From positions 22 through 64,021 of the forward strand of contig CAIXDN010000041.1 of NCBI GenBank assembly GCA_903918235.1: 64,000 nt of DNA, read 5' to 3'. Shown here in pieces: positions 55,383-63,215 of the stretch. This DNA is from Candidatus Uhrbacteria bacterium. GTDB lineage: Bacteria > Patescibacteriota > Patescibacteriia > 2-12-FULL-60-25. The translations under genes and the position numbers were made by a program. The first letter of the stretch is position 1. The number at the start of each line of letters is the position of its first letter. Under the pieces are notes generated by a model. That model did not search any database. It was not told the DNA's origin and was given only the letters and a program-made list of their open reading frames with translations.

Positions 55383-56828
55383 TTAATTGGTCCATGGAAA
55401 AGGTTTGGTAAAATTCTGAATTTCTTTTGCGTACTTTCGTAACCAGATTAAAACATGCGCGGTCGCTTGCACATCTTCACGATTGTATTGCGTGATAGCA
55501 TCCAAGACCTTGCGATCGCCCGCGTTGAGCCATCGTTCATACGCAAGTATGGATTCTCCCCCGCCCTGTACGTCGCCTTCCCAGGCAAAGCCAAGAAATT
55601 TTGCGATCGCTTTTAAGCTATAGAAATGTAAGGGAAAAACGACTTGCTCACGAACAATCTCTTTTACATCAACCATGGAATTCCGGAAGCGGATGAGAGA
55701 TGCGCTGTCGTCGCCGCCATAGCGTTTTGCCAATACGGAGAGACGGGTGACTTCATAGTTTGCATAATGATAGACCGTATAACGCTCAGGTAATGTTTCA
55801 ATCCATGCGAGAAAATCTTTCCAGAGATGCTCCTCTTCTTTTGCATTTTCCGCGACAAATGCCTTGTATCCATCTGGTAGCCAGAATCCAAAGAGGTAGT
55901 CGAGATCCTCTGGTGGGTAGCTTTCAATATCAAAATGTATTTCTAATCCCCTAGTTGGATCCATGAAAGGTTTCCGAATCATCACGGATCCACGCACCAA
56001 TGATTCTGCTTGTCGTCGCACGGCTTCAAGGGCATTTCTTGTGAGACCAACGATCTTTCCTTCGAGCTCATCGATGTCCATGATGGCGGCATCATCAATG
56101 GTTAGCACGCCAAGCGAGCGTAATGCTTTTAGTTTTTTTACATCGACATTAAAGAGGAGCGCAATGTCACGACGTGATTCAGCAAGTCGCAAGCAAGCAG
56201 CGCCCCATGGCGATGTGTCTTTGCAACTTTTGCGATAGACGGGCGCAGGCATTTCACCGGAGCGGATACGCTCAAGTTGCTCCACGATTGATGCAAACTC
56301 GCTTTGGAATGCAGCTGCGTCGAATGAGAGGCGCTCGCCATCTCCGTTAATAATTGATGGGTGTGAGGGAAAAAATCCTTGCGCACGCTCGACGAGAATT
56401 GCATAAAATGAGAGCTGGCACATGTGCTCTTTTTTTAGTTCGTGTGCGCGCTTCACATCGAGAGGAACGTAATACCAGTCACCAAAGAGACTTTTTCCTG
56501 GTTGTCGTTCAAGGAGATCTGGCCGACCGATCCAATCACCATCACGCAACCAACCTTGGTAGATTACCGCAGCACCAGCGCGCATTAACTCGAGTGTACG
56601 CGTGACACCTTCATCAACATTCGTGATCTCACTTACATCATCAGAAGTGCCAAATTGCTTGGAAACGATATCTCGCTCATGAGCAAGACCATCGCTCATC
56701 CGTTGTTCTTCCTCTTTTGTCAGAGGACGACGATCTGCGAGATCGCCAAAACGCTCCCAATATGGCCAATGAGGACATTGGAAAAAGCGGTAAAAATCGC
56801 TTCCTGTTAGTGGCTCTGTCGGCTTCAT
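55383..56828 (-). CDS. TM0106-family RecB-like (PD-(D/E)xK plus RNase-H-like) putative nuclease
   Basis: From the ATG at 56828: MKPTEPLTGSDFYRFFQCPHWPYWERF. PD-(D/E)xK core GRPDLLER...YYVPLDVKRAHELKKEHMCQLSFYA. C-terminal exonuclease-like IHFDIESYPPEDLDYLFGFW. Confidence 0.7.
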   Translation of the reverse strand: MKPTEPLTGSDFYRFFQCPHWPYWERFGDLADRRPLTKEEEQRMSDGLAHERDIVSKQFGTSDDVSEITNVDEGVTRTLELMRAGAAVIYQGWLRDGDWIGRPDLLERQPGKSLFGDWYYVPLDVKRAHELKKEHMCQLSFYAILVERAQGFFPSHPSIINGDGERLSFDAAAFQSEFASIVEQLERIRSGEMPAPVYRKSCKDTSPWGAACLRLAESRRDIALLFNVDVKKLKALRSLGVLTIDDAAIMDIDELEGKIVGLTRNALEAVRRQAESLVRGSVMIRKPFMDPTRGLEIHFDIESYPPEDLDYLFGFWLPDGYKAFVAENAKEEEHLWKDFLAWIETLPERYTVYHYANYEVTRLSVLAKRYGGDDSASLIRFRNSMVDVKEIVREQVVFPLHFYSLKAIAKFLGFAWEGDVQGGGESILAYERWLNAGDRKVLDAITQYNREDVQATAHVLIWLRKYAKEIQNFTKPFPWTN

Positions 56829-56836
56829 GTGCGATA

Positions 56837-57127
56837 TCACACCTGATTTTTCCTTTCTTGTATAGCCACCGCGAGAATGCGCATCATCATATATTGGCCA
56901 ATCGTGAATCCTGAAAGGAATGCAAACAAATGCCAAAGCCACCAATACCTTCGCAAGAAGATATCGCTTATTATTGCTGGAACTTGCATGATAACCACCC
57001 AGAGAATAACCCCAATCCAATACACACGACGAGAACCGGGAGGCCATGCCTCTGTGAGAATTGGGTTCACTGGCTTGGTGATCTGGACCTTGGTTGATGG
57101 TGGCGATGCAAACATTCTCTTAAACAT
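56837..57127 (-). CDS. Small membrane protein, possibly SecE-like
   Basis: Position after tRNA-Thr and rpmG. ...TEAWPPGSRRVYWIGVILWVVIMQVPAIISDIF loosely resembles the SecE K-V-S-W-P-x-x-K-E plus TM pattern, but a second TM follows and no nusG follows. The track start at 57157 lies inside the rpmG terminator. Confidence 0.35.
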   Translation of the reverse strand: MFKRMFASPPSTKVQITKPVNPILTEAWPPGSRRVYWIGVILWVVIMQVPAIISDIFLRRYWWLWHLFAFLSGFTIGQYMMMRILAVAIQERKNQV

Positions 57128-57140
57128 ACTCGGAACTATA

Positions 57141-57179
57141 AAACACAAACGCCCCAATGGATATGGGGCGTTTGTGTTT
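57141..57179. terminator. Strong hairpin terminator after rpmG
   Basis: Perfect 15-bp stem AAACACAAACGCCCC-9 nt-GGGGCGTTTGTGTTT, T-rich on the minus strand afterwards. Confidence 0.75.
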
Positions 57180-57193
57180 ATTGTGTCACAACC

Positions 57194-57349
57194 TTATTTT
57201 GTCTCCTTGTGTGGAGTGCGGCCTTTGCAGAGCTTGCAAAACTTGGCGATCTCAAGGCGGGCCTTGATCGTCTTTTTGTTCTTCTTGGAGTGGTAGTTTA
57301 CCTTGCGGCAAGCTGTGCATTCCAATTTGATGAGGTTGTCTTGGGACAT
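57194..57349 (-). CDS. rpmG: 50S ribosomal protein L33 (51 aa; below the ORF-track length cut-off)
   Basis: Hand translation: MSQDNLIKLECTACRKVNYHSKKNKKTIKARLEIAKFCKLCKGRTPHKETK, with C-x2-C...C-x2-C zinc-ribbon and L33 sequence pattern. Lies next to tRNA-Thr. Confidence 0.9.
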   Translation of the reverse strand: MSQDNLIKLECTACRKVNYHSKKNKKTIKARLEIAKFCKLCKGRTPHKETK

Positions 57350-57362
57350 ATAGAAATTTTTG

Positions 57363-57438
57363 TGGAGCCGCCTCGCGGATTTGAACCGCGGACCTTCACT
57401 TTACAAAAGTGTTGCTCTACCAGCTGAGCTAAGGCGGC
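57363..57438 (-). tRNA. tRNA-Thr (anticodon UGU), CCA encoded
   Basis: Reverse complement GCCGCCT-TA-GCTC-AGCTGGTA-GAGC-A-ACACT-TTTGTAA-AGTGA-AGGTC-CGCGG-TTCAAAT-CCGCG-AGGCGGC-T-CCA folds as a cloverleaf. Confidence 0.88.
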
Positions 57439-57589
57439 GCGGATACAGAGCGGAACGAACGGGCAGGATCATGCCATATTGTTTAAAAAAAGACAATACC
57501 CACAAGGATTATAGTCATAATCATCAATGAATACGTACTTTTTTAGAAGAGCCCCTGCGCTACCGAGATGGTAGCACAGGGGCAGAGAG

Positions 57590-58138
57590 TCATCCTGTGA
57601 TGACGAGAAACTGGTGGCTATGCGCCAGGGAAATGCCGAGTGGAATAAATCCATCTCGAGCCAGATCAAGAAACGGCTTGAAACGCACCATTTCATCTCT
57701 ACATCCGAGGTGAGACAAAATCGTGACGTAGAACAGGAGAATGCGGACATTCTCCATCAACTGACTCCTGACCGTGATGGTCGAAGGCTCAGAGAAGAGC
57801 TCTTCCCATACGCCGAATGCCATCGAGTCTGGGTAGAGAGAGTTCATCTGAGCGCGCATGAGGTTGCCATCGATGGCAAAGCTCTTCACGAGCTCATAGC
57901 AGTGCTCGCGGACGAGCGTGTCGATCCCCTTCCACGCTGAGTGATTCAAACTTCCTACGCTCTCACGATCGATCAGAGCCACACTCGTGGCTCCTGAGAA
58001 CGCACAAACTTCTTGGCAGCGCTTCATCAGGTCGTTCGTATTTTCCGGACGACACAGTTGAGGTGACCAAGAATGCCAGCAAGCGATCTCCTCGGGGATC
58101 GCCGGTAGACTCTGATTACCGACAAGTTGTTGTTGCAC
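57590..58138 (-). CDS. Hypothetical protein (182 aa)
   Basis: GTG start at 58138 with AGGAGG 8 nt upstream. No family recognised. The C-terminus resembles that of ORF 17088-17777. Confidence 0.55.
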   Translation of the reverse strand: MQQQLVGNQSLPAIPEEIACWHSWSPQLCRPENTNDLMKRCQEVCAFSGATSVALIDRESVGSLNHSAWKGIDTLVREHCYELVKSFAIDGNLMRAQMNSLYPDSMAFGVWEELFSEPSTITVRSQLMENVRILLFYVTILSHLGCRDEMVRFKPFLDLARDGFIPLGISLAHSHQFLVITG

Positions 58139-58259
58139 GGACTATTCCTCCTTGGAACGCAATGGTCCTGCCCTATCAAAAGAGCAGGACTACATAGTTG
58201 TACAATCTTTTAAACTTGTCCAGGGTATTGGAAATACGCGAGCAATGCTTATTCCTATT

Positions 58260-59738
58260 TTAGTTCTCCCGAATCTGACTCTCCTCATGCTGGTCCTTTG
58301 TCAATGCTCCAATAGGGAATAACTCTGTGGAAGTCAGGCCTGGCCGGCCATGATCTGCGATATATTTTAGTCGTGCGATGAATTTTCCCATTTGCACTCT
58401 TGCTTCTCGTCTATCCGGAAACATCATTTTATAGACTTGCTCGATTACTTCCTTCTGAGGACCGCCGCTCATAATGTCTTTATAAATTTTCCCCATCTTT
58501 TCTTGGTCCTTTGGACCTAATTTAAGCTCTGGCCTCTGACCCAAAATTTCAAGCGGAATACTTCTTAGCTGACGCATCCCTTCTGTTGGATCGCTTTTTC
58601 GTTTTATACGTTTTCCATCTTCTATCGCATATTCTTCTCGACCATGTTTTATTACTAGGTCACGAGCACGCCCGGAGTGTAGCCCATTATCAATACCCGT
58701 GACTTTTCCACTCACTGGGTCGATAAACATGTTTTCAAAATGACGATCCTGGGAACCCATGAGCCAATCAAGTGTTGCTAAACGTGCCATGGATTCCTGC
58801 GGCTCTGGTAATCGACCATCTTGCTCAAGTTTTTTTCGCTCTTCCTCGGTGTACTTAATACCTATCGTATCAGACCATTCCGACGCGTTATTTTTATTCA
58901 TTGCTTCAAATTCCTTCGCAGACAGATAGCGTGCCGGATTCTCTTCACTTGTTGACGAGACGCCCTCTTGAACTGAAGCGATGTCTTCTACAATCTTTGT
59001 ACCTCCATGCCCATCTGCAACAAGACGATCAATTTTTCTCGCGGCTGTTGGAGGGATGACATCAAACTCGCAAAGCATGTCGATACGGCTCATTGCGACT
59101 TCACGGGCGATAAATCCTTCTGGAGGAATATCGATGCGAGGCCCAAAGCGGTCTACCTCTAATGAAGTTTTGTACGCTTCAAATTCTTCCGGCGGAACTC
59201 CATAAGCCTTTGCCATCTGCACCGCATATTCTTGTTTAAACGAGTCCGATGACCACTGTTGCGCTATGGCACGTTGCCCCGGATCAACATCCACGCCCTC
59301 ATTACGAAAGTATTGATCGTCTGACACGGAATAAATAAGTGGCGTACCATCTTTATCAAAGTATGCTTCTCCTGATTTCTGCTTCATAAAACCCACAATT
59401 TCACCTCCACCATCACGTTCAATTTTCATCCTCATAATCGCGTTTACGCCAGCGTCTCCTAGTCGTTTTCGTTCTTTTTGCTTACCCATCGCTAATGACT
59501 CTAGCGCTTCAATCTGGCTTACTCGATTAAATACATTTCCTGGATCGACATCGATTTTTGTAAAAATCGCCGTATCTACAGCACGAATACGATCGAACAT
59601 CGTCTTGCGACTTCTTCGCTCTTCTGACTCACGCGACGGAGATGCTTCTATCGAGATTTCTTGTGAACCGTCAACTACAGGCAGTTGTTCTGTCTTTGGT
59701 CGTACATTTTCTTTAGGTAGTTGATCAAAAGGTGCCAT
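58260..59738 (-). CDS. PI3/PI4-kinase-like (atypical kinase fold) protein
   Basis: Catalytic-loop and metal-binding pattern LDWLMGSQDRHFENMFIDPVSGKVTGIDNGLHSG (compare G-x-x-DRH-x-x-N...IDFG). The upstream GGGEIVGFMKQKSGEAY and REVAMSRIDMLCEFDVIPPTA resemble type II PI4K / SCO1664-like segments. Confidence 0.55.
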   Translation of the reverse strand: MAPFDQLPKENVRPKTEQLPVVDGSQEISIEASPSRESEERRSRKTMFDRIRAVDTAIFTKIDVDPGNVFNRVSQIEALESLAMGKQKERKRLGDAGVNAIMRMKIERDGGGEIVGFMKQKSGEAYFDKDGTPLIYSVSDDQYFRNEGVDVDPGQRAIAQQWSSDSFKQEYAVQMAKAYGVPPEEFEAYKTSLEVDRFGPRIDIPPEGFIAREVAMSRIDMLCEFDVIPPTAARKIDRLVADGHGGTKIVEDIASVQEGVSSTSEENPARYLSAKEFEAMNKNNASEWSDTIGIKYTEEERKKLEQDGRLPEPQESMARLATLDWLMGSQDRHFENMFIDPVSGKVTGIDNGLHSGRARDLVIKHGREEYAIEDGKRIKRKSDPTEGMRQLRSIPLEILGQRPELKLGPKDQEKMGKIYKDIMSGGPQKEVIEQVYKMMFPDRREARVQMGKFIARLKYIADHGRPGLTSTELFPIGALTKDQHEESQIREN

Positions 59739-59741
59739 AGG

Positions 59742-60038
59742 TTATTCATCCTGGGGCTCGGGCGTTGTTCCGCAGTACCACTGACGGCCAGAGTATCGCA
59801 TAAGCAATTTCAAAAATCGTTCGCCCTCTTTTGGTAGAACACGAGCATAGCCAGTTTCATCTTTCACGCCATGCGCCTCAAGCATCTCTCTTAGATTTTC
59901 TGGAAGCGCACTCAAATCAGCGCTTCCATCATCTTTGATCGTCATTGGGGCTGGCTCAGTCATCAAATTTCCCTGACCGTCGAGCACTCGAATATGTACA
60001 ATCAAGAATGGATTCTTTGGTTTTGGCATGCGTTCCAT
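59742..60038 (-). CDS. Hypothetical protein (95-98 aa)
   Basis: 3-nt gap to the kinase-like gene, so probably the same operon. Alternative start at 60029. No family recognised. Confidence 0.45.
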   Translation of the reverse strand: MERMPKPKNPFLIVHIRVLDGQGNLMTEPAPMTIKDDGSADLSALPENLREMLEAHGVKDETGYARVLPKEGERFLKLLMRYSGRQWYCGTTPEPQDE

Positions 60039-60095
60039 CTTTCTATTTTACGCCTATCCTTTCCTCTCCGCCACTCCTCTAGTAGGATCACGTCC

Positions 60096-61280
60096 ATGTC
60101 GGCATTTTCTTTATCACCGGATCAGGGCCAAGCGTTGGAGCGTCTTCTTGGTTGGATCAAGAAACCACAAGGTCCTGCGATTACACTTGGAGGCTATGCT
60201 GGAACCGGTAAAACGACCGTGGCGGCCGCTTTGCGTGCTGTTTTGGCACATAACAATGCTGGACATAAAATCGCCTTCTGTGCGTTTACAGGGAAGGCTA
60301 GCCAGGTGCTGCGCAATACGCTTGAGATGCATGAAGCGCTGAGTCCGGAAGATACTTGTGGGACGATTCACTCGCTTCTCTACTCTCCGATGGTTGATAA
60401 GCAAGGCAATATCACAGGCTGGCAACGTAGCAAGGAGGTTGAAGCGGATTTGATCGTTGTTGATGAAGCGTCGATGGTGAACCAGCGTTTGTGGTTTGAT
60501 CTTCTTGGTGCGGGGCGTCCGGTGATCGCAATTGGTGATCATGGACAGTTACCACCGATTGAAGGGAGTTTTAATTTAATGGAAAAGCCAGATCTAACCC
60601 TTGAGCGCGTACATCGACAAGCGGAAGGAAATCCGATTATTCAGCTCGCACATGAAGTGCGTCTTACGGGAAAGATTGAAGCTGGTTCCTATGGAAAACA
60701 TGTGCACAAATATTCTTGGGCAACGGATGAGCCTTCGGATATTCAGAGTGCGATTGATGAGCTCATGGATGAATCGCCTGATGATCGGCTTTTGCTTTGT
60801 GGTCGCAACAAGACGCGTATTGAACTCAATCGAACGATACGGAAAAAGCTTGGACGTGAATCCGATGAACCGGAGGCTGGTGACCGGGTCGTATGTCTCA
60901 AGAATGAGTACAATCAAAATCAACCAATTTACAATGGAATGACAGGATATGTTGAATCCTGTGACCCGGATGGTGAGCATTGGTATCAGATGAGTATTGA
61001 TTTTGCTGATGATGGTCGTCGTTTCGATGGACGTGTTTCCAAGCATGGGTTTATGTCGGAGAAAGGTGGAGAAACGGTTGCAGGATTAGGTCCAAAAGAA
61101 ATTGGAAGTCGTTTTGATTTTGGGTATGCGCTTACGGTACACAAAGCACAGGGTTCGCAAGCGAGACGCGTTGTGCTTTTTGAAGAACGCTTTTTAAAAA
61201 TGGACGATGAACAATGGAGACGCTGGCTGTATACGGCGGTCACGAGAGCGCGGGAGGAATTGATTGTAATTGGAGAATAA
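60096..61280 (+). CDS. Dda/RecD-like SF1B DNA helicase
   Basis: From the ATG at 60096: Walker A GGYAGTGKTT, Walker B LIVVDEASMV, IGDHGQLPPI, RQAEGNPII, SH3-like insert (GDRVVCLKNEYNQ...YNGMTG), YALTVHKAQGSQ and YTAVTRARE. Confidence 0.85.
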   Translation: MSAFSLSPDQGQALERLLGWIKKPQGPAITLGGYAGTGKTTVAAALRAVLAHNNAGHKIAFCAFTGKASQVLRNTLEMHEALSPEDTCGTIHSLLYSPMVDKQGNITGWQRSKEVEADLIVVDEASMVNQRLWFDLLGAGRPVIAIGDHGQLPPIEGSFNLMEKPDLTLERVHRQAEGNPIIQLAHEVRLTGKIEAGSYGKHVHKYSWATDEPSDIQSAIDELMDESPDDRLLLCGRNKTRIELNRTIRKKLGRESDEPEAGDRVVCLKNEYNQNQPIYNGMTGYVESCDPDGEHWYQMSIDFADDGRRFDGRVSKHGFMSEKGGETVAGLGPKEIGSRFDFGYALTVHKAQGSQARRVVLFEERFLKMDDEQWRRWLYTAVTRAREELIVIGE

Positions 61281-61312
61281 AAACACTCCGACAATTGCCG
61301 GAGTGTTTTTGT
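61281..61312. terminator. Hairpin terminator after the helicase gene
   Basis: AAAAACACTCCG-acaattgc-CGGAGTGTTTTT. Confidence 0.7.
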
Positions 61313-61398
61313 GGTGGGTGGGGAAGGATTCGAACCTTCGAAGGCGCAAGGCCAGCAGATTTACAGTCTGCCCCCGTTGACCGCTTGGGTACCCACCC
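61313..61398 (-). tRNA. tRNA-Tyr (anticodon GUA), long variable arm, CCA encoded
   Basis: Reverse complement GGGTGGG-TA-CCCAAGCGGTCAACGGGG-GCAGA-CTGTAAA-TCTGC-TGGCCTTGCGCCTTC-GAAGG-TTCGAAT-CCTTC-CCCACCC-A-CCA. Confidence 0.88.
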
Positions 61399-61399
61399 A

Positions 61400-61475
61400 T
61401 GGAGCCGTAGACCGGAATTGAACCGGTGACCTTTTCCTTACCATGGAAATGCTCTACCAGCTGAGCTACTACGGC
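61400..61475 (-). tRNA. tRNA-Thr (anticodon GGU), CCA encoded
   Basis: Reverse complement GCCGTAG-TA-GCTC-AGCTGGTA-GAGC-A-TTTCC-ATGGTAA-GGAAA-AGGTC-ACCGG-TTCAATT-CCGGT-CTACGGC-T-CCA. Separated from tRNA-Tyr by 1 nt. Confidence 0.9.
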
Positions 61476-61518
61476 GTGATGGAAGGCGCAGGAGAGGAAG
61501 GCGCATTACCATGCGCCC

Positions 61519-62409
61519 CTACCGTTCTATGGCCTCGATACGGTCTTTGAACGACTGGAAACGGGCTGGATCGTCTGAGAGGAGGCGTAGGCGATTGTAG
61601 CGTGCGCGAGCCTCTTTTCGATCGCCGAGGAGTATAGCAGTCTCCAAGGATAGTTCAAGGTACTTAGCGGAACCCGATTCTAGTTCACTCGCACGCTTTG
61701 CATAGAGCCAGGCTTTTTCAGGTGATTCTCGCTTTATGTAGAACGCCGCAAGCTCTGCATGACGATGTGGCTGACGAGGACTTGCCTCTACTGCTTTTAC
61801 CAACATTGCCTCTGCTATTTGAAAGTTTCCTTCTGATTCTGCGATCTCTGCAAGTCCTGCGTAGGTTGAGTCATCTGCTTTGCGTGTTTTTACCAGGAAC
61901 TCAAATGTTTCGCGAGCCTGAGGATACAGTTTTTGTCGCAAATACATATTGCCAAGCAATTTGTATGCATCAAGCTGACGTTGATCAAGCGAGAGAACCT
62001 CTAGCAAGCGTCGCTCTGCATCTGCCCATTTAAGATCGCGGATCAATGATCGAGATTCTGTGAGCAATGTCTTGATGCGTTCACGCTGTGACGGAGCCAT
62101 TGCTGCAAATGGACTTTTCACTTTGCGATAGAGATTATCAAATGACTGCAAACGAGCTTCTGTGCGCTTGTAGGATTCTTTTGTCTTGCGTGCGATTGCG
62201 CGACCAAAGCGTTGCCATGATGCGAGACGATCTGCGTTTACGCGATCAAATCGGCGGGTCATGAGTTTTGTGCGCTCTTCTTTTTGACGCTCTTCTTTTA
62301 TGGATCGAGGATCGAGTAAACGAATCTCTTTCCAGTGGCTCGCGATAACAAAAGCTATCACGCTAAATGCGAGAGCTGAAATGCCATACGCGATAAGCGC
62401 TACGTACAT
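61519..62409 (-). CDS. Membrane-anchored TPR-repeat protein
   Basis: N-terminal TM, then several TPR-like A-x3-Y / A-x-x-F-x-x-A repeats (AYKLLGNMYLRQKLYPQARETFEFLV, YAGLAEIAESEGNFQIAEAMLVKAVE). Confidence 0.6.
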   Translation of the reverse strand: MYVALIAYGISALAFSVIAFVIASHWKEIRLLDPRSIKEERQKEERTKLMTRRFDRVNADRLASWQRFGRAIARKTKESYKRTEARLQSFDNLYRKVKSPFAAMAPSQRERIKTLLTESRSLIRDLKWADAERRLLEVLSLDQRQLDAYKLLGNMYLRQKLYPQARETFEFLVKTRKADDSTYAGLAEIAESEGNFQIAEAMLVKAVEASPRQPHRHAELAAFYIKRESPEKAWLYAKRASELESGSAKYLELSLETAILLGDRKEARARYNRLRLLSDDPARFQSFKDRIEAIER

Positions 62410-62421
62410 GGGCGTTTCAAA

Positions 62422-63180
62422 TTAAGCTGGAAGTGCGGCGCGACACAATACGCCAAATGCGCGAGGATCCAGTGAAGCTGAACCAATCAATACACCATCA
62501 ATATGTGTGGTTGAGAGATATTCTGCGACATTTCTTGGATCAACGGAGCCACCGTAAATCACCGGGATCTCGGAAGCTTCTTTCCCGAACTTTTTAACGA
62601 GAGCGTCATGGATCGCCTCGTGCACAACCATCGCCTCTTGGCCGGAACATGCTTTTCCTGTGCCGATCGCCCAGACTGGTTCATAGGCGATAATTGGTGA
62701 GGCAGGACCATCGATTTTCAAGCCCTCTGCAATTACGGCAGCGAGCTGCGCGCGCACAACTTTTAGCGTCTCCCCTTTTTTACGCTGTGCTTCTGTTTCT
62801 CCAACGCAAATCACTGGGCGGATGCCGCTCTTTTGAAGCGCGATCGCTTTTTTTGCCACCATCTCATCCGTTTCTCCCAGATACTGACGACGCTCACTGT
62901 GGCCGACCAAACAAAATGACAAAGCAAACTCTTTTAACATCGCTGGACCGATCTCACCTGTGAATGCTCCTTCGTTAGCCCAGAACGTGTCTTGTGCGCC
63001 CAAATTTGGCACTCCAGCGCGTCCAAGTGAGGAACGAGCGGCTGCGAGTGATACAAAAGGAACCGCGACGCCAATATCGATATTTTTTGGCAGACGTTCG
63101 CGTCGAAATGCGCGAATCCAGGCGCCGGCCTTTACGGGGCCATAATGCATCTTCCAATTGGCAATAATAGTCTTGCGCAT
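62422..63180 (-). CDS. tpiA: Triosephosphate isomerase
   Basis: From the internal M: MRKTIIANWKMH, then GAQD, VGHSERR, IAYEPVWAIGTG and IYGGSV motifs. Confidence 0.93.
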   Translation of the reverse strand: MRKTIIANWKMHYGPVKAGAWIRAFRRERLPKNIDIGVAVPFVSLAAARSSLGRAGVPNLGAQDTFWANEGAFTGEIGPAMLKEFALSFCLVGHSERRQYLGETDEMVAKKAIALQKSGIRPVICVGETEAQRKKGETLKVVRAQLAAVIAEGLKIDGPASPIIAYEPVWAIGTGKACSGQEAMVVHEAIHDALVKKFGKEASEIPVIYGGSVDPRNVAEYLSTTHIDGVLIGSASLDPRAFGVLCRAALPA

Positions 63181-63215
63181 AATCGGCTTATTCCTACCGC
63201 AGATTGCCGAAATAA

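Noticed and set aside
57439-57590. Search for a duplicated tRNA 3' fragment (att site) bounding the tRNA-flanked island
   Set aside because: No copy of the tRNA-Tyr or tRNA-Thr 3' end (for example GGATTCGAACC or GGTTCAAATCC) is visible in 57439-57590 or 61281-61312. Integration by a tRNA-targeting integrase therefore remains unsupported.
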